From positions 289,124 through 353,123 of the IMG/VR virus record IMGVR_UViG_3300044640_001495: 64,000 bases of DNA. One strand, given 5' to 3'. Positions within the stretch are counted from its first letter, which is position 1. The number at the start of each line of letters is the position of its first letter. This document shows positions 20,516 through 28,670 of this stretch, piece by piece. Position numbers and translations under genes: made by a program. The notes beneath the pieces were generated by a model that saw nothing but the letters and a program-made list of their open reading frames with translations, was not told where the DNA came from and did no database searches.

Positions 20516-20749
20516 TCAGCACCGCCTGGTCATGCCTGGCTTCATCTCATCGGGTCTCAGGTGACTGCCGCACCGTCTGATGGCAGCGTCATCCCAATTG
20601 GGTATCTGTTCGAACAACATGCGGCCCTGTGGCGGGTCATGTGGCGCTGTGCCCGCAGGGCGCAACAGCTTTGCCCTGTCCTGCACAGCACAGCCCGCAG
20701 TACTAGCGGCTGCTAACACGAGCAATAAGGTCAAGAGTATCCTGCTCAT
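20516..20749 (-). CDS. putative lipoprotein
   Basis: Signal peptide ending TAGC. Confidence 0.6.
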   Translation of the reverse strand: MSRILLTLLLVLAAASTAGCAVQDRAKLLRPAGTAPHDPPQGRMLFEQIPNWDDAAIRRCGSHLRPDEMKPGMTRRC

Positions 20750-20936
20750 AGAGATCCAGTCTGTTATCTTGTTCTAGGCTTTCCTGCACAGCGATAGTGA
20801 CTAGGCTAGCACAGTCCTGGCCATCACGTTTGGGCAGGCTCTTGATGAATGCTTCAACTGCGGGCATTGAATCCATAGCCCACATCACATCCATAAGCAC
20901 CTTCTGCTTGTGAGTAAGTCCTTGTATAGTAATCAT
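20703..20936 (-). CDS. hypothetical early protein
   Basis: 77 aa, coupled to the upstream ORF. Confidence 0.7.
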   Translation of the reverse strand: MITIQGLTHKQKVLMDVMWAMDSMPAVEAFIKSLPKRDGQDCASLVTIAVQESLEQDNRLDLYEQDTLDLIARVSSR

Positions 20937-21124
20937 TCTGATGCTGCCTCGTTGGCATATGATGCACCCAGGGCCATAAAGCCTATGCCTACCAGTGCAA
21001 ACAGGCCTAGGTATGCGCCATCGCCTGACAGTAGATCTGGGCTGGTTTCAATGCCGCCCACAACTCCTAACAGTAGCACAATACCTGCGTACAGGAAAGA
21101 TAAAGCCTTTTGTCTAGTAGTCAT
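20933..21124 (-). CDS. small membrane protein
   Basis: Two hydrophobic segments; own promoter and AAGGA RBS. Confidence 0.75.
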   Translation of the reverse strand: MTTRQKALSFLYAGIVLLLGVVGGIETSPDLLSGDGAYLGLFALVGIGFMALGASYANEAASE

Positions 21125-21182
21125 TTAGTGTCCTTTGTGTGTATGTAGTAATTATACGGCAGTTTGGCTAATGTGTCAACCA

Positions 21183-21500
21183 TTATTTGGCAATACGCAC
21201 GATCAAGCCCTGTGGCGTAGCTGCCACATTGTAGCCATTGCTTTCGAATAACTCAACGACCTCTTTAGCCATACGATCTCTAGCTCTAGCACCTTCTGCT
21301 TTGACTGCTATGAACTTCTTGCGATAGTTGATGTAGAGACTTTTGTAGCTGAACGCTGAATCAAGTAGGTCTCTTACTGAGAGAGCCTTGCGGATCTGAT
21401 CTTGTGAATAGGTGCTCTTGTTGTTTGAGTTTTGACGCTGTGCATCCATTGCGGCTGCAAATGCAAACCCGCCTGCGTCTTTAGTATCTAGTTCTTTCAT
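21183..21500 (-). CDS. hypothetical early protein
   Basis: Start moved to MKELD at 21500 after a GGAGCGA RBS. Confidence 0.75.
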   Translation of the reverse strand: MKELDTKDAGGFAFAAAMDAQRQNSNNKSTYSQDQIRKALSVRDLLDSAFSYKSLYINYRKKFIAVKAEGARARDRMAKEVVELFESNGYNVAATPQGLIVRIAK

Positions 21501-21620
21501 TACTCGCTCCTGTTTGTGTGTATGTGTCAATTATACTGCCAAAAAGCCTCGGTGTCAACCTACGAAGTGCCCAGGCGTGTTGCAGGGTCTAGTGGTAGGC
21601 TGACACTTTGGCAACCCCTA

Positions 21621-22169
21621 TTAAGCCGCTTGTCTAGCCATATGGATCATTTCAACGCGGCCCATGTATGCGGTATTTACAACGCAGGGCTGAGTCTTAG
21701 AAGCAATCAGTGTACCTGAATTCTCTGTAAGATGAATCTCTGTTACACGGCAGGTGAAAGGATACAGTTTTTTGGTCTCGCGATAGTCTTCAGCGGCCAT
21801 CTCTTTCTCACGTGGCAAATATTCATACACACGCAGTTTGACCTTGCGCTCTTGTCCGTTAGGAAAGGCACTGGCAAATCCAGGGCCACGAGCACGTCTA
21901 CGCACTGGATCTTTTGCGCCATCATTCTGTTCAAGTACCAAACGATTAAACGCATCGTGATCTGGAATGCCAGCTTCAACCATCGCAGCCTTGTCTTCTA
22001 GCATCTTGATGTAGTTGAGGAATCGTTTGGCTTTGACTTTGCCACCTGCGCCGTTGACATTATAGGTCTTGCCATCAATTAACCATTCAGCCACAAAGGT
22101 CTTATATGGACGGGCATCGCGAAACAGTTCTTTAGCTTTGGCCAATGTCATAATAGGATGTGTTTTCAT
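21621..22169 (-). CDS. hypothetical early protein
   Basis: 182 aa; own promoter. Confidence 0.75.
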   Translation of the reverse strand: MKTHPIMTLAKAKELFRDARPYKTFVAEWLIDGKTYNVNGAGGKVKAKRFLNYIKMLEDKAAMVEAGIPDHDAFNRLVLEQNDGAKDPVRRRARGPGFASAFPNGQERKVKLRVYEYLPREKEMAAEDYRETKKLYPFTCRVTEIHLTENSGTLIASKTQPCVVNTAYMGRVEMIHMARQAA

Positions 22170-22235
22170 CTTGCTCTTTCTGTGTGTTTGTGTATGTGTT
22201 AATTATAACAGGGTTTTGGCACCCTGTCAACCAAA

Positions 22236-22619
22236 TTAGATCCAGCTGTCTACCATCATAACGGGCTTCTTCAAGACCCGTTTAACAAAGTCCTCGGGCT
22301 CGTCGTCAGCACGTACTAACATAAAGCCCATGCTCTCTACCAGGTCTACCTCGCAGATCTGGAGGTCCACACCTGCCTTCTCAAATGCAATGTTCATCTT
22401 GGTCAGGGCATACTTAACGCCTGCTTCAAATGTCTGGTATTCGCCGTCATGGACTTCATCGTAGTCAAACTCTTTAAGCATGACCTCTGCGTACTCTTCA
22501 CCGTCTGCTACGATGAAAGGGCGGATCTTCTTCCAGGCCCGTTGATCGGTACAGTCAAAGTGGTCACAGGCTTCGTTGAGGTCAAACGAGGCAAATGCGT
22601 CATAATTTACTTTAGTCAT
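22236..22619 (-). CDS. acidic hypothetical early protein
   Basis: Start MTKVNY at 22619 after a GGAGCGAA RBS. Confidence 0.75.
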   Translation of the reverse strand: MTKVNYDAFASFDLNEACDHFDCTDQRAWKKIRPFIVADGEEYAEVMLKEFDYDEVHDGEYQTFEAGVKYALTKMNIAFEKAGVDLQICEVDLVESMGFMLVRADDEPEDFVKRVLKKPVMMVDSWI

Positions 22620-22689
22620 TGGGTTCGCTCCTAATGTTTGTTTGTATGTGTCTATTATACAACTAATTTGGCTAGTTGTCAACCTAGTT

Positions 22690-23017
22690 ATGAACAGTTA
22701 GAAAAGAATTAAAGGAACCATTGTCAACTCTCTGTCTCTACCCTAACCAACGTCTAGCTAGGGCCGTGACGGTCATTACTTCCTACAGTGCCCGCCAGCT
22801 TCAGCTTTCGCTTTGCCTTCATATACTTAGATTGAGCGTGAGCGGCCTCACTGTCCTCGCCTTAAGTACCTAACGGTGTAGGTAACCTCTAACTCTTTTC
22901 TAACTGTTCTGCTTAGGCCGAGTCTCTAAACTCGCTTCGTATCCTTTAGTTACAACCCTTTTTGCATTTCTGCTGGGTTCTTACATTTGAGGATCGCCTT
23001 GCTTTTTCTTTCTTCTT
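22690..23017 (-). ncRNA. candidate structured non-coding RNA (about 320 nt), family not recognised
   Basis: Consensus promoter (23024-23052) not followed by an RBS or ORF; 24-bp stem 22886-22909/22692-22715 whose two mismatches are G-U on the minus strand; GNRA-capped hairpins inside. Confidence 0.75.
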
Positions 23018-23071
23018 GTTTCTATTATAACGAACTTCCACCAATCTGTCAACCAAAATGCCGTTGTATTT

Positions 23072-23485
23072 TTACAACTCTATTGCCCTACGGAACACAA
23101 TCTCCTGCTTGGCAAAGGCCTGGATTTCCCAGGGTTGATCAAGGTAAGGATGATTCCTCTTGTACAGCCGGCCCTTCCACATGGTGCCCTTGGCCGTAGG
23201 CTTCAAATGACCCTTGGCAAACTGCGCCACGTGGGTCAACTCGTGTGCCAGTGTGACGCCCAATGTGACCCAGTTGCGATTGGGCTTGAGCACCACAAGG
23301 AATGTGTCTATACCTGTTAGAGGAATGGTTGTGCCCATCTCTTCTAGTTCTGGATCCACCTTGATCACCAACAGTTTGCGGCTACGATTCAAGCCCAATT
23401 GTGTCAGCATGGAGGGCATGACCGATTCAATATAACGGCGGGTCTTGGCGCCAGCTTCAATGTGATATTCCATCATGTTATCCAA
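23072..23485 (-). CDS. zincin-like metallopeptidase
   Basis: TLAHELTHVAQ (HExxH) and QPWEIQA; exact start uncertain (about 23476). Confidence 0.75.
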   Translation of the reverse strand: MDNMMEYHIEAGAKTRRYIESVMPSMLTQLGLNRSRKLLVIKVDPELEEMGTTIPLTGIDTFLVVLKPNRNWVTLGVTLAHELTHVAQFAKGHLKPTAKGTMWKGRLYKRNHPYLDQPWEIQAFAKQEIVFRRAIEL

Positions 23486-23588
23486 AAAGCACAGTGCCTA
23501 CACCTGCGGTCCATAACAGCAGAGCCTGTGCAATGCCAAAGTGGAACAAGAACCATGTAACAGCGATCCAACCTACGAGTTTAACCAT
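23478..23588 (-). CDS. small membrane peptide (36 aa)
   Basis: Manual: MVKLVGWIAVTWFLFHFGIAQALLLWTAGVGTVLFG; AGGAG RBS and promoter. Confidence 0.65.
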   Translation of the reverse strand: MVKLVGWIAVTWFLFHFGIAQALLLWTAGVGTVLFG

Positions 23589-23624
23589 TGCCAGCTCCTT
23601 TGTTGCTATGTGTTAATTATAGTC

Positions 23625-23855
23625 TCATTCACCCAAACTGTCAACCGATTCATAGTCTTTAACCATACGGTACAAAGGGTCTATGATCTCTTCGTGCTCT
23701 AGCTCGTAGTCCCTAGTTGCCCAATCCACCCACTCTTCGGAGTGGACTTCCACTAGGCCGTCGTTTAACATCTCGCGGGCCTGTGCTTCTGTTTCACATT
23801 CAACCACGTAGAGTTCCGATACGATGGCATTACGCCAAAAGGTAAACCGCTTCAT
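23625..23855 (-). CDS. hypothetical early protein
   Basis: 76-aa acidic ORF. Confidence 0.65.
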   Translation of the reverse strand: MKRFTFWRNAIVSELYVVECETEAQAREMLNDGLVEVHSEEWVDWATRDYELEHEEIIDPLYRMVKDYESVDSLGE

Positions 23856-23873
23856 TTGCCTGACAGCATTCTG

Positions 23874-24197
23874 TCAACTATGGCTTGCCAGGTGTTTGCA
23901 GGCACCTCGAAATTGGAACCCTGGACAGGTACAGGTTTTTGCTTCTGGATCGACGGTGTATTCTTTGCCATTGGAGCCTTTGATAGTGATTAGATTACTT
24001 GGTGTCTTGACCTTAAACGGGTTAGGAGTTATACTCTCAAACTTCCTGCCTCGCTTGTCGAAACCCTTGATACCATTCTTGAAATAGTAAGGCTCCGATG
24101 TTCCGGTCTTTATGTATGCTACCAGTTTGTTTCCATCTAGTAGGTATATGTGCGGGGGGAACTGCCCCCCGGTTGTTTCTCGGAGGGCTTCCATCAA
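23874..24197 (-). CDS. SWIM zinc-finger protein
   Basis: YTVD....CTCPGFQFRGACKH motif. Confidence 0.8.
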   Translation of the reverse strand: MMEALRETTGGQFPPHIYLLDGNKLVAYIKTGTSEPYYFKNGIKGFDKRGRKFESITPNPFKVKTPSNLITIKGSNGKEYTVDPEAKTCTCPGFQFRGACKHLASHS

Positions 24198-24547
24198 TCC
24201 AACCTGCTTCCAGCGTAGACCTTGTCCAAGCCCAACTTGGTCTTCAGCACCTCTGCGTAGGCCTCAGCACCTGCTTCCAGAACGCTGATGCTCTGCACAC
24301 CTGCTTGGCTTGGATTCCAAAGTTGGAGACTGCCTGTGTAGGATTTGCGGAAGCCAGCGGCCTGCAACCACTTGCCCAGCTTGGAGTTAGAACGGACACC
24401 GTAGACATCCACCCAAGCAAAGCCACAAGCATCACGATCGCCATGCTTCTGCAGGAATGCCTTAGCGGCTGTACGAGCCTGCATACCAGCTTCGTTGGTT
24501 GCGTCCTGTACTGCCTGCTCTGTGATCACTGTTGCGATTGCATTCAT
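24194..24547 (-). CDS. hypothetical early protein
   Basis: Start MNAIAT at 24547 after AGGAG; CGFAWV motif. Confidence 0.75.
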   Translation of the reverse strand: MNAIATVITEQAVQDATNEAGMQARTAAKAFLQKHGDRDACGFAWVDVYGVRSNSKLGKWLQAAGFRKSYTGSLQLWNPSQAGVQSISVLEAGAEAYAEVLKTKLGLDKVYAGSRLD

Positions 24548-24604
24548 ATTCAGCTCCTGTTTAGTGTGTGTAAGCATTAATTATAGCGCCATTCGTCCAA
24601 TCTG

Positions 24605-24835
24605 TCAACCAACAGCTTTCAATAACCCTACAATGCCTATGGCTAATGAAATCACATTAACCATCAGTTGTGGGCGGTTCTTGACACGGAAGGCCCAGGT
24701 TAGGAACAGTACTGTTCCCACAGCGAACACAATAATATTGTAGGGATATGCCGCAGGACCCACAGCATTGAGAATGTGCCCTAGCACTATGGCTACAGCA
24801 CCCGTCCATTGTAGAATGTCATTTGTTTTGTTCAT
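24605..24835 (-). CDS. small membrane protein
   Basis: Three hydrophobic segments; ATG at 24835 lies about 7 nt from the -10 box, so probably leaderless. Confidence 0.7.
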   Translation of the reverse strand: MNKTNDILQWTGAVAIVLGHILNAVGPAAYPYNIIVFAVGTVLFLTWAFRVKNRPQLMVNVISLAIGIVGLLKAVG

Positions 24836-24881
24836 GTGTGTATTATAACACTGAACTGCCAATCTGTCAACCAAATGCCCT

Positions 24882-25268
24882 TTAGGTTCTAGGGCTTTCC
24901 TTTAGGAATTGCGCACCATGCTCTTCTGATAGTACAATGGTAAAGTCCTTGTGGAAGCGATCACTCAAGCAGGCTAGAACGGCTTCACGGTTTGCTCCTT
25001 GACATAGGAACTCCATGGTATCCAAACGGTACACATACAGTTGATCATTCACCTTCTCAACCCGGACTTCTATACGGGGCATTGCATCCTCGTGGTCTTC
25101 AGGCAGATCCTTCTGCAGATCCTGCATCATGTTGCGCATGTCTGAGTCTTTGACCTTGAGTTTGATCAGGATGTCTTTGAACATAGTGACATGGATGTGT
25201 TCGGCTACCTTGAAGCCCAAAAAGCCTCCCAAGGCCGCGCCCAACACGAAGTCTAGCCATTCCATCAT
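24882..25268 (-). CDS. hypothetical protein with N-terminal membrane anchor
   Basis: 128 aa; AGGAG RBS. Confidence 0.7.
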   Translation of the reverse strand: MMEWLDFVLGAALGGFLGFKVAEHIHVTMFKDILIKLKVKDSDMRNMMQDLQKDLPEDHEDAMPRIEVRVEKVNDQLYVYRLDTMEFLCQGANREAVLACLSDRFHKDFTIVLSEEHGAQFLKESPRT

Positions 25269-25591
25269 TTTCTCCTGGGTTTGGTCAATGCGGCTGCTTC
25301 TTTGCGCAGAGCACCGGCTTTCTTGTAGAGAACGCCGGCCTGTTCGTCAAGACTCTTTGATCGCTCAGTGGCCAACTTTCCGCCACCAAACTCACGGTCG
25401 ATATAGTATTGGATGAGATTGTTCTTGATCATGGAGATCAAGTCACCGCCATTGTCTTCTGGACAGATGAAGCGGACTGGGCAACGGCCCCAACTGCTGT
25501 GTTCCACGAACTCTGCGTAATAGCGACGATGATCTTTGTTATGTGCATCAAAGGCCACCAAGGGCCTGCAATAGTATTCTAATTTGCTCAT
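25265..25591 (-). CDS. hypothetical protein
   Basis: Start MSKLEY at 25591; TAAATA immediately upstream. Confidence 0.7.
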   Translation of the reverse strand: MSKLEYYCRPLVAFDAHNKDHRRYYAEFVEHSSWGRCPVRFICPEDNGGDLISMIKNNLIQYYIDREFGGGKLATERSKSLDEQAGVLYKKAGALRKEAAALTKPRRK

Positions 25592-25599
25592 GTGTTTAT

Positions 25600-25890
25600 T
25601 TACGCAAATTCTCGGTCTTCGATTTTGGTTAACATGTTCGCAGGTACTCGCCATGCACCCTGCGCAGTCTTGACGGTAACGAACTTGATAGCGATCTTAG
25701 TGACAACACCTGTCACGTTCCGACCTAACTTGCTAGATGTGAAGTTGACGTTATCGCCTACTCGCAAGCTGGCTTTGGTCAGTTTGGCGATAGTTGCCCG
25801 CTTCCACTTAACTGCATCGATCACTGACATCAACTCGTCGTTGGTCAAGTCACTGAACATGATCGCTTGATTGATCTGTTTGATATCCAT
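25600..25890 (-). CDS. hypothetical early protein (C-terminal SH3/KOW-like)
   Basis: LRVGDNVNF...GVVTKI...WRVPANML; AGGAG RBS and promoter. Confidence 0.7.
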   Translation of the reverse strand: MDIKQINQAIMFSDLTNDELMSVIDAVKWKRATIAKLTKASLRVGDNVNFTSSKLGRNVTGVVTKIAIKFVTVKTAQGAWRVPANMLTKIEDREFA

Positions 25891-25984
25891 TGTCTGCTCC
25901 TAATGTGTTAGTGTAAATGTATTATAACATGCTTTTGGCTAGGTGTCAACCGCCGTTGGGCAGCGGGGCCTACGCCCCTACAGG

Positions 25985-26140
25985 TTAGTCTACGTAGTAG
26001 TCAACCGCTTGCACTAGCATGTTAAGCGGACTTTCCATATCCCCAAAGCATTCTAGCTCTGCTAGTTGCTCCCCGTCACAGCTTGCCTCTAACAGCATAG
26101 CTTCTACTTCCGCTAGCTTTGCAAGTATTGCTTCTTTCAT
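25985..26140 (-). CDS. small acidic early protein (51 aa)
   Basis: Manual: MKEAILAKLAEVEAMLLEASCDGEQLAELECFGDMESPLNMLVQAVDYYVD; AAGGAG RBS, promoter at 26168. Confidence 0.75.
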   Translation of the reverse strand: MKEAILAKLAEVEAMLLEASCDGEQLAELECFGDMESPLNMLVQAVDYYVD

Positions 26141-26211
26141 TTACTGCTCCTTTGTTGTTAAGTGTTAATTATAGCACACACTGTCCAAAATGTCAAGTGT
26201 GTGCTGTAGTA

Positions 26212-26589
26212 TTACAGCTCCATGCTCGCATAGCCGTCGTCTTGCATACCCTGCTCTGTAAACATAACGTCTGTACCTAGCAGTGTGCTAATCGCATCTA
26301 CAAAGCCGCTGTCTGTATACAGTCTCCAGCTGCCCTCGTACTCTGCATCGCCGTCTACGTTATAGCACACTGTAATGTGTATGCTACTGTCGCCGTCCAA
26401 TTCGTCCCACCATTGCTCGTGTATGTGTACGCTTGTAACTGTAACTGCCTCAATCTCGCAGTCCCATATGCTGTCGCCTGCTAGTTGCACTTCTATGTTG
26501 CAGTCGTATGTTGTGCTAATGCTGTCTTCGCTAGTGTCTGTAGTTGCCAGTGTCAGCTTGTCGCTAACTTCAAATTGTGTTGCTTGCAT
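26212..26589 (-). CDS. highly acidic, proline-free early protein
   Basis: 125 aa, D/E-rich, no Pro; GGAGCGAAT RBS, promoter at 26621. Confidence 0.8.
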   Translation of the reverse strand: MQATQFEVSDKLTLATTDTSEDSISTTYDCNIEVQLAGDSIWDCEIEAVTVTSVHIHEQWWDELDGDSSIHITVCYNVDGDAEYEGSWRLYTDSGFVDAISTLLGTDVMFTEQGMQDDGYASMEL

Positions 26590-26681
26590 AGTATTCGCTC
26601 CTAATGCTGTTTAAAAATGTATTATAGCACACCTTGTCCAAAATGTCAAGTGTGTGCGCAATAACCCTATGCGCTGTAGTG

Positions 26682-26825
26682 TTATTGTATAATTGTGTCG
26701 TCTAGCGCACAAGCTAACGCATTAAATGCGTTTTGTATTGCAACATGTTCGTCTAGTTCTGCTTCTTCTAGCACTGTTTGTAACTGTAACATTAAACTGT
26801 CTAATTTGCTTTTTGTATTTTGCAT
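26682..26825 (-). CDS. small acidic early protein (47 aa)
   Basis: Manual: MQNTKSKLDSLMLQLQTVLEEAELDEHVAIQNAFNALACALDDTIIQ; AAGGA RBS, promoter at 26852. Confidence 0.7.
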   Translation of the reverse strand: MQNTKSKLDSLMLQLQTVLEEAELDEHVAIQNAFNALACALDDTIIQ

Positions 26826-26904
26826 TGTGTTTCCTTTGTTGCTATGTTGTTATTATAGCGCACTTTGTCCAAAATGTCAAGTGCGCTATGTATAACCCTA
26901 CAGT

Positions 26905-27156
26905 TTAGTCAACAAATACAATGTTTGTAGTACGCAAACTTTGTTGCGCAGAAGCCACAGTGCGTTGCACCTCGTTTTGCAAGTTGTCTGCAAGTAAGTC
27001 CCCACTAACATAGTTGCATTTTGCTTGTGTAGGGAATATATACTTAATCTCGTCCCCCACCATTTTTTTGTGTACATTAAATGCAAACTGTACTTTATAT
27101 GCTTTTAATTTTTTGTTGTAAACTAGCTTTGCGTAGGCTATGCAATTTGTAAACAT
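26905..27156 (-). CDS. hypothetical early protein
   Basis: 83 aa; AAGGA RBS, promoter at 27186. Confidence 0.75.
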   Translation of the reverse strand: MFTNCIAYAKLVYNKKLKAYKVQFAFNVHKKMVGDEIKYIFPTQAKCNYVSGDLLADNLQNEVQRTVASAQQSLRTTNIVFVD

Positions 27157-27216
27157 TGTGTGTCCTTTTGTGTGTGTAAGCTGTAATTATAACGCACAAC
27201 GTCCAAATTGTCAACC

Positions 27217-27253
27217 AAAAAAAAGCATAACCCTACACCTAGCAGGGTTATGC
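27217..27253 (-). terminator. Rho-independent terminator, overlapping an operator-like palindrome
   Basis: GCATAACCCT-N9-AGGGTTATGC stem followed by T8 on the minus strand. Confidence 0.75.
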
Positions 27254-27257
27254 CAAA

Positions 27258-27295
27258 GTTGCCTCTATACCGGGAGCGAATCGGTATTAGGCAAC
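27258..27295 (-). ncRNA. 3'-UTR hairpin displaying AUUCGCUCC (anti-RBS loop), copy 1
   Basis: GUUGCCU-A-AUACCG [AUUCGCUCC] CGGUAU-AG-AGGCAAC, spanning the stop codon and ending before the terminator. Confidence 0.6.
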
Positions 27296-27592
27296 AACAG
27301 CCGCTGTCTTCGCGACAGGGGCTTTGACCGCAGCCCGGGGGGCTGGGTTTTTCTTCTCTGCATAGGCAACAGCAGCTTGGATAGCAGCATTGCCTATGCC
27401 GAACTGGATAGACTTAAGGTGCTGTACAGCTTCTGCCTTAGTCATCTCTACTGGCAGCTCAACCAACTCAACGTCAGTGTGGCCGTTCTTTGCCAGGATC
27501 TTGATACGCATGGTATCGTTAGCGAAGCGCAATTTGGTCTTGCCTTCGAGGGTTGAAACACCTGCTACTGCAAATTTCTTATCGGTACTCAT
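27287..27592 (-). CDS. hypothetical protein with Ala/Lys/Pro-rich tail
   Basis: 101 aa; KLRFAND..RIKIL.KNGHTD core. Confidence 0.8.
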   Translation of the reverse strand: MSTDKKFAVAGVSTLEGKTKLRFANDTMRIKILAKNGHTDVELVELPVEMTKAEAVQHLKSIQFGIGNAAIQAAVAYAEKKNPAPRAAVKAPVAKTAAVVA

Positions 27593-27672
27593 TTTTAACT
27601 TCCTTCTGTGTGTGTAAAAATCATGCCAACCAATTCAGCATGTTATTAGTATAGCATCAATATTCGAATTGG

Positions 27673-27867
27673 TCAACTGTTTGGTTTACCAAATTGCGGA
27701 ACAACTTGAATACTGACGCTTTCCTTCTCGTCTAAGGCGGCGATGAACTCATCGTCAAAGACCAGATCCTGCATGTTCAAGTCGATCATGTGTTCGACTC
27801 GATCCATATCGGGTCTGCCATCGCTGGCACACTCGATTGTGAATTTAAATTCATATTTCCTTGTCAT
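27673..27867 (-). CDS. hypothetical protein
   Basis: 64 aa, coupled to the upstream ORF. Confidence 0.65.
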   Translation of the reverse strand: MTRKYEFKFTIECASDGRPDMDRVEHMIDLNMQDLVFDDEFIAALDEKESVSIQVVPQFGKPNS

Positions 27868-28478
27868 TTTGTTCCCTCATTGGCTGCAACGCCATCCTTA
27901 ATCCACTCAGTAAGCTCTTCCTCTTGCTCTGCTTCGTATTCACGAATGCTTTCTGAGATAGCAAATGCTTCGTCCAGTTCAGGATGATCACGCTCAATGT
28001 CGTCGGCACTCATGCCTTCGAGATTGATCTCTTGATCACCATGCTCATCATAGGCGCCAGCATAGGCCATACCACCTTCGTAATACATGGCGTTGACACC
28101 AAAGCCCAACTCCACCAACTTGTCATAGGCAGCGACTGGAGGGCTCCACGCTGAGTCGAACGATGTGTGTAGCATCTTACCATCAGGGTGGATATCACTC
28201 TGACCATCGCCACCTACATCCCACTTGGTGCCCCATTCACCTACGCAGAAGTCATACCAGTTGCCGTAACCATACTTCTCGCGATTCTCAGCAGTCTTGC
28301 GTTCCAATTCTTTCTGCTCGTCACCGTCACCTAACGATCCTGCAACGATCTGCAGATCCGTTGGCACCGGAATGAACTCATTGAGGAACTCTCCACGATC
28401 AAGTGCTTCTTTAGCACGAAGGATCATTGCTGGGTCTTCGTGGGTGAGTGTCAGTGTGTTGTTGCACCAATTTGGCAT
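27864..28478 (-). CDS. DUF1281/YubB-like ferredoxin-fold protein
   Basis: MPNWCNN...WYDFC...WGTKWD...FDSAWSPP motif set. Confidence 0.75.
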   Translation of the reverse strand: MPNWCNNTLTLTHEDPAMILRAKEALDRGEFLNEFIPVPTDLQIVAGSLGDGDEQKELERKTAENREKYGYGNWYDFCVGEWGTKWDVGGDGQSDIHPDGKMLHTSFDSAWSPPVAAYDKLVELGFGVNAMYYEGGMAYAGAYDEHGDQEINLEGMSADDIERDHPELDEAFAISESIREYEAEQEEELTEWIKDGVAANEGTK

Positions 28479-28487
28479 GTCGGCTCC

Positions 28488-28670
28488 TTAAAGATTAACA
28501 AATTTCCAGGGGTCTTGCGTAATCGTAGCGTCCTGGATCTCAACGCTAAGACTGAACTCAAATGTAGTTGCACGAGTAGGATACTCTTTAACCAACTCAG
28601 CAGCCAACTTAGAGAGGCTGTCATTACTCAGCACTGCAATCTCGTTAGCCAATCGTTCAATGTGTGTCAT
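28488..28670 (-). CDS. hypothetical protein
   Basis: 60-aa ORF in an operon. Confidence 0.65.
   Translation of the reverse strand: MTHIERLANEIAVLSNDSLSKLAAELVKEYPTRATTFEFSLSVEIQDATITQDPWKFVNL

Larger units (their letters stand above)
26031..26950 (+). other. compositional island with no GA or GG on the + strand (no TC or CC on the coding strand)
   Basis: Line-by-line reading: all of about 170 G residues are followed by C or T. Confidence 0.92.

Noticed and set aside
22690-23017. HDV-like ribozyme (TCCTCGC on + strand), group I intron (GUUUAGAGACU) or retron msr-msd
   Set aside because: Required partner helices and core elements were not found, no gene is interrupted, and there is no reverse transcriptase in the window.
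26031-26950. UV dipyrimidine avoidance, low complexity or CmdT-type mRNA GA avoidance as the cause of the island
   Set aside because: TT and CT remain on both strands, the sequence is complex and coding, and the mRNA strand still contains many GA.
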